A stretch of 64,000 nt of DNA, taken from assembly GCF_006345805.1 (NCBI RefSeq), contig NC_043006.1, positions 27,218,001 through 27,282,000 of the forward strand, given 5' to 3'. This document shows, piece after piece, positions 63,381 to 64,000 of the stretch; within the stretch, counting starts at the first letter, position 1; each line of letters opens with the position of its first letter. Below the pieces are notes generated by a model, which was not told the DNA's origin, made no database searches, and saw only the letters and a program-made list of their open reading frames with translations. The position numbers were made by a program, and so were the translations under genes. The stretch is from Octopus sinensis. Its lineage: Eukaryota.

Positions 63381-64000
63381 AATGAAATATATATTTTTTA
63401 TTATGGGTGTGGTGATTCTAGGCTAGGGATGAGGGAAGGTAAGTTGAAGAAGACATAGTTCTGGAAGGTGGTAGTTATAGAGTTCTCTGTAATTGGGGAA
63501 GGGATATGGCAAGAAATAGGTGGTGGTGGAAACAGATTCATGATGGTTTATTGTGGACGGTGTTGGATAGAGTAGAGGACTATCATATTATAAAGTATTG
63601 GGGAAAAGGGGAAAGAAGAGAGTCACAGAGCTGAGTGGAGCAGAATCTTGCAATGTAAGCAGTATGGAAAGACATTGGGTACAAAAGAGGTATGGGAAGG
63701 GAAAGAGCAGTGTGGGAATGCCATGAGGGCATTCCTCAGGAAGAGGTAATGATGGGATTGCTAATGGGAAGAGAGTATGGTGAGAGATGTAGAGAAACTG
63801 GAATGAGTTTAGTGAGGAGAAAGGAAGGCAAAGATTTCTTAAGGTGTAAAGGCCAGTAGTGAGAGAGCAGTTGATGGAGGTTGAGAGGAGAGAGAGAAAG
63901 AGTTTTGAGTGATGAAGAGATGATGTCATGAAGCAGGGAAGATGGAAAGTGTGGTGTGCTTGCCTTGGGGCAAATACATACCTTCTTCATTATAGGTAAA

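Overview
AT-rich, microsatellite-dense eukaryotic DNA. The SINE/RTE repertoire and the tandem effector-less zinc-finger genes point to a coleoid cephalopod, probably Octopus (inference). The window holds a + strand cluster of five single-coding-exon C2H2 zinc-finger (ZF) loci: three intact (13, 20 and 22 fingers), one pseudogene and one frameshifted. Four of them share a homologous 5' UTR exon, and there are three homologous promoter/first-exon modules. Between them lie nested mobile elements: L1/Tx1, RTE, CR1 and CRE LINE remnants, tRNA-derived SINEs, Tc1/mariner, hAT, a tandem Helitron, an apparently intact Merlin (IS1595/ISXO2-like) transposase with candidate Merlin MITEs, and Penelope-type remnants. 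The most unusual object is a 498-bp insertion at 35308-35805 with a 12-bp TSD. It combines a tRNA-like Pol III head, a Penelope-type minimal hammerhead ribozyme and an inverted duplication of its own tail, and sits just downstream of a ZF stop codon. All calls were made by eye, and the boundaries of degraded repeats are approximate.
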